Shown here piece after piece: positions 1 to 8,581 of a stretch of DNA of 64,000 nt; the stretch's first letter is position 1; every line of letters begins with the position of its first letter. The translations under genes were made by a program, and so were the position numbers. Under the pieces are notes generated by a model. It saw nothing but the letters and a program-made list of their open reading frames with translations, was not told the origin of the DNA and ran no database searches. This DNA is from a virus, in IMG/VR virus record IMGVR_UViG_3300028841_000107. One strand, 5' to 3'.

Positions 1-2235
1 ATGGCGCCGCCGCTTGCGGAGCACGCGGGCGTCACGTCCTACAACCAGAGGCTCGTGGTCTGGGGAGGACGCTCGGCGCTCCAGAACGTTCTATCCTCGA
101 AGACGTCTTTCGCAGCGGGCGACTCGTCCGGCAAGGGCTACATGCAGGGCCCGATCGGCTGGCGTCTCGAGGGCGGTAACGATGGGACCTCGCCGAACGG
201 CTGGACCATCACGACGCCCGGAAGCGCGCTCACCACGAGCGCGACGGCCGTCGGGGATGTCGTGCGCTGGACCGGGACCGGTGTCGGGGCTGACTCCGGG
301 GATCTCGTCTCGGGGACGACGGTCGTCACCGGGGTGGATGGCGTGGACTCGCCCTTCCTGGCCGGGATCACCTACCGCTACAGGATCCGTCTGCGGCGCA
401 GCGCAGGGGCAACAGGGACGTTCCAGGTGACGACCTCGGGCGGAGTCTGGGAGATCGACATCGCCACCGAGGTAGGGGAGGACTGGACCATCATCGAGGG
501 CGGTGACGGCGCGGTGATGGACCCGACCCTGAAGGTGAAGGTCGCGGATCCGCTCCCGCTCGCCGAGTGGCTCGACTTCGACCGGCTCCACGCCTTCGAA
601 AAGGGCTTCCCCTACGAGCGCTCGATCGCGCGTGTCTCGCGCATCCGGGACCCGGAGTCCTTCGTGGAAGTGGACGAGGCCGGGCTGATCTCCGTGTCCC
701 CGGACGACGGCGAGGAGATCCGGGCCGCGATCGCGTTCCGCGGGAACCTCTACTTCTTCAAGGAACGGTCGATGTGGTGCGTCATCGACAACGGCGGCGA
801 GCCTGGCAACTGGTCGGTGAACCTCGTCTCCTCACAGGTCGGGGCCGAGAGTGCGCGAGGCGTCGTCGCCGGGGACGGCTTCCTCATCATCATGAACCGC
901 AACGGTCTCTACCTCTTCCAGGGCGGGCAGCCCACGAAGATTTCCACCGAGATCGACGGGACGTGGCGGGCCTCGGCGTTCGGCTCCTCGGCCTTCGGGA
1001 TCGTGGACTCGGAGCGGCAGCAGCTCTTCGCGTTCCCGGTCACTGGATCGAGCAGCGACAAGGCCACGTACTGCGACTACTTCGAGGGGCTCACGCAGGC
1101 CGGGACCTACACGCAGGGCCACGGCCGGAAGTATTCGAACATGACGATGGCGACCATCGAGACCGTGGCCCATGGGGCTTTGATGGTGCGGTCCAGCGGC
1201 ACTCGCGATGTGATGGTCGGCAAGACCAAGACCACGTCGAACGACTGTGTCAACTCCGAGAACGGCGTCCTTTCCGCCTCGGGGGCGTTCCCGATGGCGG
1301 GGTGGGTCAACGAAGACGGGAGTGTCCCAACTTCCGTTACGTCTGGACTCCCGGACCCTCTTGGAACCTCGAATGCCTGGGAGTGGGTCGAGGACGGGAC
1401 TGCCCACACGCGGATCGTTTCGGGGAAGACGTCGTCCGCCTCGCACGCCTTCGGGGCCGTGTGGCTGCGCTCCATGGGGGCCCCATTCACGGCCACCCTC
1501 GGCCTTCGTGTGTACACGGGGTCTACCGACTCCGACCCGTTCACTTACTACCAGAAGACCATCACGGTCACCTCCGAGTGGACACGCCACTCTTACACCT
1601 CGCTGGCAATCTGTCACAACACCGTATCTACGCTGCCCTCTGGCCGGCGATGCCTCTTTCTCTCCTACACTGGTCCTGTCACGCTCCAGATGTATGGGCA
1701 CCAGGTCATCTCCGGGAGCCCATGGGACACCGGTTACGCCCGTACGGTCGGATCGACCGTCACAGGAGTCACGTCGTCCATCATCCAGAATCTGACCCGC
1801 ACGCGACCCGGCTACTACACCGACCCGATCACGAGCGCCGTGTCCACACTCACCAACATCCCGGACCTCTCCTACGACTCTGACGGGAACATCCTGTCGT
1901 TCTACGTGGGGGCTCCAGTTGGGCGTACGCGAGAGCGTGGGGCGTTCCTCGGCTGCGCCATGAAGGTATGGGGCGTCGGAGACATCCAGGCGCGCACCTA
2001 CAAGCTCTACGCACGAGGCGAGACTCTCGTTGGTACGCGGACCCTGTCGGTTGATGCCGCCGAGGACGTGGAGGTGCTGTACGGGCCGAGCGGCGTGAAC
2101 CCCGGGCTCGTCATCAACTCCTGGCAGCTCAACTGGGGAATCAAGGGGGGGGTCGGAGTTCCACTCGACTGGTGGAACCTCTCCTCGATCAACATCTACG
2201 AGAAGCAGTCCACGGCGCCGCAGAGGGGCACCTGA
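1..2235 (+). CDS. Virion structural protein, 744 aa (tail-tube/adaptor-like by position; start may be cut by window edge)
   Basis: Track ORF 1..2235 with strong G/C third-position bias. ATG is nt 1, so the true start is uncertain. It lies directly upstream of low-complexity internal-virion-like genes, the slot of tail tubular protein B in T7-like gene order (synteny inference only, no motif recognised). Confidence 0.65.
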   Translation: MAPPLAEHAGVTSYNQRLVVWGGRSALQNVLSSKTSFAAGDSSGKGYMQGPIGWRLEGGNDGTSPNGWTITTPGSALTTSATAVGDVVRWTGTGVGADSGDLVSGTTVVTGVDGVDSPFLAGITYRYRIRLRRSAGATGTFQVTTSGGVWEIDIATEVGEDWTIIEGGDGAVMDPTLKVKVADPLPLAEWLDFDRLHAFEKGFPYERSIARVSRIRDPESFVEVDEAGLISVSPDDGEEIRAAIAFRGNLYFFKERSMWCVIDNGGEPGNWSVNLVSSQVGAESARGVVAGDGFLIIMNRNGLYLFQGGQPTKISTEIDGTWRASAFGSSAFGIVDSERQQLFAFPVTGSSSDKATYCDYFEGLTQAGTYTQGHGRKYSNMTMATIETVAHGALMVRSSGTRDVMVGKTKTTSNDCVNSENGVLSASGAFPMAGWVNEDGSVPTSVTSGLPDPLGTSNAWEWVEDGTAHTRIVSGKTSSASHAFGAVWLRSMGAPFTATLGLRVYTGSTDSDPFTYYQKTITVTSEWTRHSYTSLAICHNTVSTLPSGRRCLFLSYTGPVTLQMYGHQVISGSPWDTGYARTVGSTVTGVTSSIIQNLTRTRPGYYTDPITSAVSTLTNIPDLSYDSDGNILSFYVGAPVGRTRERGAFLGCAMKVWGVGDIQARTYKLYARGETLVGTRTLSVDAAEDVEVLYGPSGVNPGLVINSWQLNWGIKGGVGVPLDWWNLSSINIYEKQSTAPQRGT

Positions 2236-2732
2236 TGGCGACGAAGGCGCCGGGCGATCGGCCCACGTCCGCAGCGCTTTCGGACTTCCGGCGCGTTCTT
2301 GGGAACCCCGCGTTCGCGGCCCTGGCCGACGCGAACCCGGACCTCTACCTCGCGATGCAGCAACTCGTTGCGGCGAGCATCCTCGTGCAGGCCGACATCA
2401 ACGCTCGCGTCCTGAAGCTGGAAGAGGCGCCTGGCGTCGAGATCCCGCCCTACCCGGAGTTCCCGGACCGTCGCGAGGGGATCGCCCAGGGGTACGCGAG
2501 CCTCACGGCCGGGACCGTCACCGTGTCCGAGGCGAAGTGCGTCCCGAGCACGGTCATCCCGATCATCGTCGCCTCATATCGCGGCCTGAGCGGGACACAC
2601 GGGACGCTGTCCGTCCCGGCCGGCGGCACGGCCGACGGTTCCTTCACCATCGAATCTCGTGACGCGGCTGGTGCGATCGAGGCGCTCGACAACTCCGAGG
2701 TCGCCTGGATTCTCGTCAACCCGCTACTCTGA
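2235..2732 (+). CDS. Hypothetical virion-block protein, 165 aa
   Basis: In-frame ATG at 2235 inside track ORF 2172..2732, overlapping the upstream stop (TGATG). Reads MATKAPGDRP... with coding-like codon bias. Confidence 0.6.
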   Translation: MATKAPGDRPTSAALSDFRRVLGNPAFAALADANPDLYLAMQQLVAASILVQADINARVLKLEEAPGVEIPPYPEFPDRREGIAQGYASLTAGTVTVSEAKCVPSTVIPIIVASYRGLSGTHGTLSVPAGGTADGSFTIESRDAAGAIEALDNSEVAWILVNPLL

Positions 2733-2747
2733 CGCCGGAGGAAACCG

Positions 2748-3803
2748 ATGCCCTACAGCCCCCCGCACAACCCGGTCGGCAACGGCGGCACCGGCACGTC
2801 TCTCGGCGGGAACAACCCATACCCGCCGCCGGACCAGTACAACCCCTTCGTCGTCAATCCCAGCGGAGGCTCCGCCCAGATCGGGGGCGGCGTCCCCGGA
2901 GTAGGCGGCTATCGCCCACCGGACCACCACGTCAGCAACGGTGGGCACGGCCAGACCGTCTACCACGGGGCGCAGGGGAGCAGCGGCGGCGGTTCGTACG
3001 GGAGCGCCGGGAGCGCAGTGATGGGCCCGGCGGCTCCTGGCGGCGCGTCCGCCGCGTGGCGGGCCCAGCGCGCCGCCGCCATCGCCAAGAGGCGCGAGGG
3101 GCTCAAGCCAGAAGACATGGCCGGCTTCCGAACCGACGCCGAGGGGAGGCGGTACTGGTATCAGCCCGGGCTCGACGCCGCGGCGGCGAACAACCCGATC
3201 AACAAAGAGTGGGCCTACGGGCTCGCGAATCCGACGGGCGCGTTCGCAACCAGGCAGTTCGCGGGGCAGGGTCCGGCCCCGTTCCGGGCCTACCTCGCCC
3301 CACCCCCAGCGGCACCTCCTGCAGGGGGCGGTGGAGGCGGGCAGGGCCCGGGCCTTCACTCGGTCGTGGACACCCCCTCGACGCACCCGTACCAGCCGCC
3401 AGCCCCCGGTAGCGGGACGAGCGCGACGCCCTCCCCGACGGGTGGCGGCTCGGTCCCGGCACAGCCCGGGCAGCAGCAGGTGATGGCGGCCCAGCCGCGG
3501 TACTTCCCGATCGGGCAGTCCACCCCGGGCTTCGGCGGGGCCTCGACGCCGCTGCAGGTGGCCGGGATGCCTGGACCCGGAGGCGGGCAGGGCGGGAAGC
3601 CGGCGGGCCAGCCGGGCTTCGACCCGGCGACGGCACCGACCTCGGCCGCGGCGAAGCAGCAGGGCTCCGCCTACCAGGCCCGTCAGAGCACGGCGCAGCG
3701 GCAGCAGCAGACGAACCAGGCCCTCGCGCAACCAGGGGGGGCGAACCCCTACAATCGACGCTACACGCCGGCCAACCCGTATCAGCCGACGACGCGGTAC
3801 TGA
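2748..3803 (+). CDS. Gly/Pro/Gln/Ala-rich low-complexity protein, 351 aa (internal virion/ejection candidate)
   Basis: GGAGGA SD upstream of ATG 2748. Contains tracts such as PPAAPPAGGGGGGQGPG and QQQ runs. The 726-aa antisense ORF 2724..4904 is Arg/Pro-rich shadow. Confidence 0.7.
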   Translation: MPYSPPHNPVGNGGTGTSLGGNNPYPPPDQYNPFVVNPSGGSAQIGGGVPGVGGYRPPDHHVSNGGHGQTVYHGAQGSSGGGSYGSAGSAVMGPAAPGGASAAWRAQRAAAIAKRREGLKPEDMAGFRTDAEGRRYWYQPGLDAAAANNPINKEWAYGLANPTGAFATRQFAGQGPAPFRAYLAPPPAAPPAGGGGGGQGPGLHSVVDTPSTHPYQPPAPGSGTSATPSPTGGGSVPAQPGQQQVMAAQPRYFPIGQSTPGFGGASTPLQVAGMPGPGGGQGGKPAGQPGFDPATAPTSAAAKQQGSAYQARQSTAQRQQQTNQALAQPGGANPYNRRYTPANPYQPTTRY

Positions 3804-3812
3804 GGAGGCACT

Positions 3813-4550
3813 ATGGGATTCGACACGAGCGGTGGTGGCGGCGAGGGCGGCGGCGGGTCGATCTTCGACGACCCCCAGTTCATGCAGAACCTCCAGGGCG
3901 TCCTGGCGCAGCAGCCGCAGGGCGACGGGTATACCCAGGAGGCCGTCTACCGGAAGAAGCGGTTCATGGACAGGGGCTACGACCCGGACTTCGGCGACCC
4001 GCGGCGCGGGCAGGGGATCGGTGGCGGCGGGGCGGTATCCGCGCCCGACGGCAGCGTCTCCTACCAGGGTGGCGCGACCTCGCCCTTCGAGGTGGGCCCG
4101 TCGAGCGGCGCTCCGAACACGCTGCACGCGGCGCAGCAGCCCGGCGGAGGTGGCTATGGTCGCTTCCCCGAGATGGGCATGATGGGCGGCGGAGACCTCC
4201 GTGGCGGTGGCGGCGGGCGGGCACGCGGTGGCGGCTGGTACGGCGGCTACGGCAACGCCCAGGGCGGCGGGCAGCAGCAGTGGTATCGACCGCAGGGCTC
4301 CGACCGACCGGCCCCGGACAACCCGGGAGCGGCCTACGACGCCGGCCCGGGGCGGGCGGAGGCTCGCGATGAGGCAGCGGGGATGCCGCATGGCGGGCCC
4401 GCCCCGTCCCGCTGGCAGATGCCGCCCGGCGGCGCCTACGGCCGACCGCAGCCCCGGCAGAGGCGCCGGTTCTACGGCAACACCGGGGCCATCCAGGGCC
4501 CGCAGGGGAGCCCCGGCGGAGCGCCGCAGGGCGGCGGGTACAACATCTAG
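3813..4550 (+). CDS. Gly-rich low-complexity protein, 245 aa
   Basis: GAGGAGG SD. N-terminus MGFDTSGGGGEGGGGS, repeated GGGG and RGGGG tracts, G/C-rich third positions. Confidence 0.7.
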   Translation: MGFDTSGGGGEGGGGSIFDDPQFMQNLQGVLAQQPQGDGYTQEAVYRKKRFMDRGYDPDFGDPRRGQGIGGGGAVSAPDGSVSYQGGATSPFEVGPSSGAPNTLHAAQQPGGGGYGRFPEMGMMGGGDLRGGGGGRARGGGWYGGYGNAQGGGQQQWYRPQGSDRPAPDNPGAAYDAGPGRAEARDEAAGMPHGGPAPSRWQMPPGGAYGRPQPRQRRRFYGNTGAIQGPQGSPGGAPQGGGYNI

Positions 4551-4562
4551 AGGAGATGGCCG

Positions 4563-4826
4563 ATGGGACAGGACGGCGGCGGTGGCGGCGGGACCAACGT
4601 TCAGGCGGACATCGGGCTCAGCAAGTCCGACCAGGAGGACGTGGATCTCGCGAAGCTCATGGAGGAGCGGCGGAAGAAGCGCGAGGCTGACGCCGCCCGC
4701 TACAACCTCGGGCCCCAGCTCTGGCCGGGCGGCACCGGAGGCGAAGCGACTCCGACGATGGGCTTCGACACGACGAGCGAATCGGCTCCCGGGCCGATGG
4801 CGACGAAAGAGCGGAAGTGGTGGTGA
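4563..4826 (+). CDS. Small Gly-rich/charged protein, 87 aa
   Basis: GAGGAG SD. Reads MGQDGGGGGGTN..., has a charged helix KLMEERRKKREADAARY and a C-terminal MGFDTT that echoes the N-terminus of the 3813 gene. Confidence 0.6.
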   Translation: MGQDGGGGGGTNVQADIGLSKSDQEDVDLAKLMEERRKKREADAARYNLGPQLWPGGTGGEATPTMGFDTTSESAPGPMATKERKWW

Positions 4827-4827
4827 C

Positions 4828-5310
4828 GTGAGGATCCGGATCTTCCAGCAGGGGGACATGGCCGAGATCGAGCGTCTCGCGGATGCCGCACGGGCAGTCC
4901 ACAAGGCGAAGACCGGCCGGGACCTCTACTGCGCGCACCCGAACGACCCGGCGAATAGCTTCACCCTCGTGGCGGTGGACGAGGACGGGCGGATCGCCGC
5001 GGCGGCGACGGCTCGGCACGCCGTTGAGGCGTTCCTCCTGCCCGACCCCGACTGGCGGGAGCCGGAGGACCGCTGGGCCCTCGTCCAGGCGCTTCTGCAG
5101 GAGGGCGGAGAGCGGTGCCGGGCGCTCGGGATCCGCGAGCTCTACTGCCCGACGACGTCCCTTCGCTTCGCCAAGCGGCTTATGACCCTCCCGGGGGCGC
5201 ACGGTGACCCGCGCCCCCACGTCATCTTCTACCTGAACGAGCGGGCGCCCGGGGCGGCACCACCGGATCCGGGCAACCGGCTCCTCGTGCCACTCGAGGC
5301 GATCGCGTAG
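4828..5310 (+). CDS. Possible GNAT-like fold protein, 160 aa (function tentative)
   Basis: GTG 4828 lies two nt after the upstream stop (alternative ATG 4858); in-frame tail of track ORF 4201..5310. ALVQALLQEGGERCRALGIRELY...RFAKRL resembles the GNAT motif A/B region, but the Q/RxxGxG/A loop is not evident. Confidence 0.4.
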   Translation: MRIRIFQQGDMAEIERLADAARAVHKAKTGRDLYCAHPNDPANSFTLVAVDEDGRIAAAATARHAVEAFLLPDPDWREPEDRWALVQALLQEGGERCRALGIRELYCPTTSLRFAKRLMTLPGAHGDPRPHVIFYLNERAPGAAPPDPGNRLLVPLEAIA

Positions 5311-5320
5311 GGAGGCCACC

Positions 5321-7264
5321 ATGGGAAGCAGCGGCGTTTCTGGCGGGATGCAGATGGCCCGTGACCGCAACCAGGGCACGGACAAGTACACGTACATCGG
5401 CGAGGACAACCAGACCCAGCCGCTCCTCGACATGGGGTTCTCGGTCAACGACTGGCTGAACCAGCTTCGGGCCCAGAACAACGCGCTCTTCGGTGGCATC
5501 GGCTACGGCGGGTCCTACGGGAAGGCCGGGCAGAACAGGCCGAACACGGCCGGCGCCGGGACGAAGCTCCCGTCGGCGGGTGGGATCTACGGCAGCAACA
5601 CGGGTTTCGCTGGGCCGAAGGCGGCGCAGGGCGGGGGCGGGATGAACAACGCCCGAATGATGGGCCCCGGTGGTGGCCGTCCAGGCGGGATCGACAACAT
5701 GGACGGGACGAATCCGGGCGCTGGCGATCCGTCCGACCCACAGAACGCGGCGCCGAACGGCATCAACCTCGGCCAGCACTTCAACTACCTCCCCGAGAAC
5801 GACCCGAACGACGGCTACTTCCCGCGGTATCCGGAGATCCTGAACGACGCTGACAATGCTCGCCCGTCCAGCGTCAAGCCCCAGGGTTCTTCAACCGACC
5901 CGTGGAGCAGCCCGCTCGGCGATTCTCAGGATGCCCCTACCGGGGGGCTTTTCGGCGGCTACAGCGAGTTCGGCGACCCGACCGACTACGAGGAGCGGAT
6001 CGGGGCCGGCTGGCTGGACGAATACGGCAACCCGACGAACGAGTATGACGCGGGGGCGGCCGATACCTTCGGCACGATGCGCCTCGGCGGCCTCACCGGG
6101 AACGAGGCGGAGACCCGCGGCCTCCTCGGCGGCCTCGCCTCGAACACGGAGCAGGGACCGCTGAACGACCTCGCGAACGGGATCCGGAACGAGAACGAGA
6201 TCGAGACCAGGGGAGGCTTCCGGAAGCAGGCCCTGGGGGCCGACGACGCGACCGACTTCGAGCTGGCCGACCGCGGGCTGTACGGGGACTTCCTCTCCGG
6301 CCTCGGCGGGGCCGACGGGGCTGGCTTCGCCGGGTTCGGCGGGCTCGGTGGCGGCTCTGGGTCGGCCGTGAGCGGCCCGGCGGGTGGGATCGGCGCCGGG
6401 AGCGCCTTCGGAGGTGCGAAGGCGGCCTTCGAGGCGGCGCTGGCCGGGAAGGGCTTCGACGACGCCACGAAGAACGCGATCCAACAGGAGGGGATGCGGA
6501 CGGCGCGCGGCATCTTCGACAACAACGCCTCGGAGATGATGCGGCAGCGGGCGATGGGCGGCGGGCAGGCCGGACTCTACGGCGCCCTCGCTCGGCAGAC
6601 GGCGGATCGGGCCTCGGCCCTCGGCGGGCAGGCCCGGCAGAACACCATCGACTTCGCCAAGGAGGCCCAGCGCCAGAAGGAGTTCGGCGCCTCCGGCCTC
6701 GCGAACATCGCAGGGATCGAGTCGTCCGCGGCGCAGGCCGACGCCTCACGGGCGCTCCAGGCCCAGAGCCTCGCCTCGCAGAACGCCAGGGACGCGGCCC
6801 AGCTCCGGCTCGCCGGGATCTCCAGTCTCAACGCCTGGGACCAGGCTGCCCGGGACCGGCAGAAGTTCGGCCTCTCCGGCATGAACAGCCAGGACGAGGC
6901 GGCGCGTCAGCAGCAGCTCTCGGCCCTCGGGCAGCAGGGCACGCAGCGAATGGGGGCACTCGGGCTGATGAACCAGCAGGACGACCGGGCATCCGGCCGG
7001 ATGGGGACCGGCGCGGCCGGCCTCGCCGGGATGGGCCAGCAGCTCTACGGGCGGAAGAACGCGGCGCTCGAAGGGGCCACGGGGTACGCCGATGCCCAGC
7101 GGAAGAACCGGCAGTTCGGGCTCGCCGGCCAGCAGCAGCTCTACGGCCAGGGCCAGCAGAACTTCCTCTCGGGCCTCGGGACGCTCCTCGACATCTTCAA
7201 GAACCCGCGCGAGAAGTACCACATGGGCGCCGACACCAGCGGCTCCGGCGGCGTGAGCATCTAG
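5321..7264 (+). CDS. Gly/Gln/Asn/Ala-rich low-complexity protein, 647 aa (internal virion/ejection candidate)
   Basis: GGGAGG SD before ATG 5321. Gly-rich N-half (GGIGYGGSYG, GGLGGGSGS); Q/A/R-rich repetitive C-half (QQ..GL.G..Q motifs). Confidence 0.7.
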   Translation: MGSSGVSGGMQMARDRNQGTDKYTYIGEDNQTQPLLDMGFSVNDWLNQLRAQNNALFGGIGYGGSYGKAGQNRPNTAGAGTKLPSAGGIYGSNTGFAGPKAAQGGGGMNNARMMGPGGGRPGGIDNMDGTNPGAGDPSDPQNAAPNGINLGQHFNYLPENDPNDGYFPRYPEILNDADNARPSSVKPQGSSTDPWSSPLGDSQDAPTGGLFGGYSEFGDPTDYEERIGAGWLDEYGNPTNEYDAGAADTFGTMRLGGLTGNEAETRGLLGGLASNTEQGPLNDLANGIRNENEIETRGGFRKQALGADDATDFELADRGLYGDFLSGLGGADGAGFAGFGGLGGGSGSAVSGPAGGIGAGSAFGGAKAAFEAALAGKGFDDATKNAIQQEGMRTARGIFDNNASEMMRQRAMGGGQAGLYGALARQTADRASALGGQARQNTIDFAKEAQRQKEFGASGLANIAGIESSAAQADASRALQAQSLASQNARDAAQLRLAGISSLNAWDQAARDRQKFGLSGMNSQDEAARQQQLSALGQQGTQRMGALGLMNQQDDRASGRMGTGAAGLAGMGQQLYGRKNAALEGATGYADAQRKNRQFGLAGQQQLYGQGQQNFLSGLGTLLDIFKNPREKYHMGADTSGSGGVSI

Positions 7265-7273
7265 GAGGCCAGC

Positions 7274-8581
7274 ATGTCCGGATTCGGCGACTTCGGCACC
7301 TTCGGCTTCGATGACGCGGACGCGCAGGAGGATCCGTTCGGCATCGCCGCGAGTCAGCGGGAGACGCAGTGGTGGACGCCGTACGGTGCGCGAGCAAAGA
7401 AGAAGAAGGTGTCCCTCGGCGCCTTCGGCGGGGGCGGCGGTGGCGGCCGGCAGACCCAGACGCAGGGGTCCTACTACGACCCGAATCTGGCCGGGCCAGA
7501 CCCGGGCTACGGCACGCCGAACCCGTCCAGTACGCAGCGCGCAATCCTCGACCAGAAGCAGCGGGAGGAGGACGCGGTCCGGATCTTCGGCGGCGCCACC
7601 CCGCGGGACACGGGGGCCGGAGACGACTTCGATCTCGGCGGCGGAGGCGTGCTGAAGTACCAGGCGCCGGACCCGACCAACCCGGGCCAGCAGGACCAGG
7701 CGCGTGCAGCGACGGTGGACAACGCGATGCTGGACGAGTTCCGGGCGGACGAGAAGCGAGCGAAAGAGCTGGAAGACGCGGCGATGGCGCTTCCGGCGAG
7801 GACCGGGATCACCTGGGGTGGAGCCGGGACCGGGTCGATTGAGATGAAGCGGAACAAGTACCTGCAGGACGCTCAGATCCTGCGGGCGCGGAACGCCTAC
7901 AGGCGAGCGAGCCTGATGGGCGGTGCCGGGGGCTACGACCCGAACCGCTACAAGACGGTCGGGAACCTGATCTTCGACTCCTCGAAGCGGGAGTACGTGG
8001 TGCCGGACGAGTCCACGCTAGCGGCGATGCACCGGTCGGGCATCACCGCGCGCACCGGACGCTCTACGGCAGCCCAGAAGCCGTTCGCGGTCGGCGACGA
8101 CAACCGACTCGTGCTCCAGGACCCGAACGACCCACAGTCGCTCCTCCCGGTCGGGGACAAGATCCCGGCACAGGGCCCTCCGACGCCTTTCGCCGCTGCC
8201 GGGCAGGACCCGTCCCCGTCGGCAATCAAGCAGGCTACGGCCGCGAAGCCGGCGGCCGTTCAGGCGAAGGAGTACGCGACGGAGCACCCGAAGCCGGGGA
8301 AGGCGCAGAAGGCCGACGACAACGAGCCCGATCCGATCAAGGTGCAGGCCCAGCACAACAACATCGACGCTCGATTCGACCGCAGGCTGGCCGGCGCGCG
8401 ACCGAGCGAAGCCGCCAAGATCGAAGAGGAGCGGAAGAAGGCCCACGAGGACGCCGATCGGCGAATGGGCGGTTCTGGGGGCGGAGACGGGGATAATGAC
8501 CCCGTGCTGAAGACGGCGACGGACCCCAAGACCGGCAAGAAGATCGGCTACCGCAAGAAGCGCGGGTGGGGGCCGCTCTAA
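7274..8581 (+). CDS. Low-complexity/charged virion-block protein, 435 aa
   Basis: TAGGAGG SD. Reads MSGFGDFGTFGFDD..., with a GGGGGGG run, a basic patch AKKKKV and a Lys/Glu-rich C-terminus. Confidence 0.7.
   Translation: MSGFGDFGTFGFDDADAQEDPFGIAASQRETQWWTPYGARAKKKKVSLGAFGGGGGGGRQTQTQGSYYDPNLAGPDPGYGTPNPSSTQRAILDQKQREEDAVRIFGGATPRDTGAGDDFDLGGGGVLKYQAPDPTNPGQQDQARAATVDNAMLDEFRADEKRAKELEDAAMALPARTGITWGGAGTGSIEMKRNKYLQDAQILRARNAYRRASLMGGAGGYDPNRYKTVGNLIFDSSKREYVVPDESTLAAMHRSGITARTGRSTAAQKPFAVGDDNRLVLQDPNDPQSLLPVGDKIPAQGPPTPFAAAGQDPSPSAIKQATAAKPAAVQAKEYATEHPKPGKAQKADDNEPDPIKVQAQHNNIDARFDRRLAGARPSEAAKIEEERKKAHEDADRRMGGSGGGDGDNDPVLKTATDPKTGKKIGYRKKRGWGPL

Noticed and set aside
2724-4904. Very long antisense or alternative-frame ORFs. 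Examples: 2724..4904 (-), 13103..15439 (-), 22236..24677 (+), 33803..35020 (-), 46035..47516 (-), 57977..59182 (-), 60438..62006 (+), 61247..62533 (-), 62622..63962 (-)
   Set aside because: They are Arg/Pro/Gly-rich with no SD. They lie opposite or out of frame to ORFs with clear motifs and strong G/C third-position bias. These are typical shadow ORFs of GC-rich DNA.
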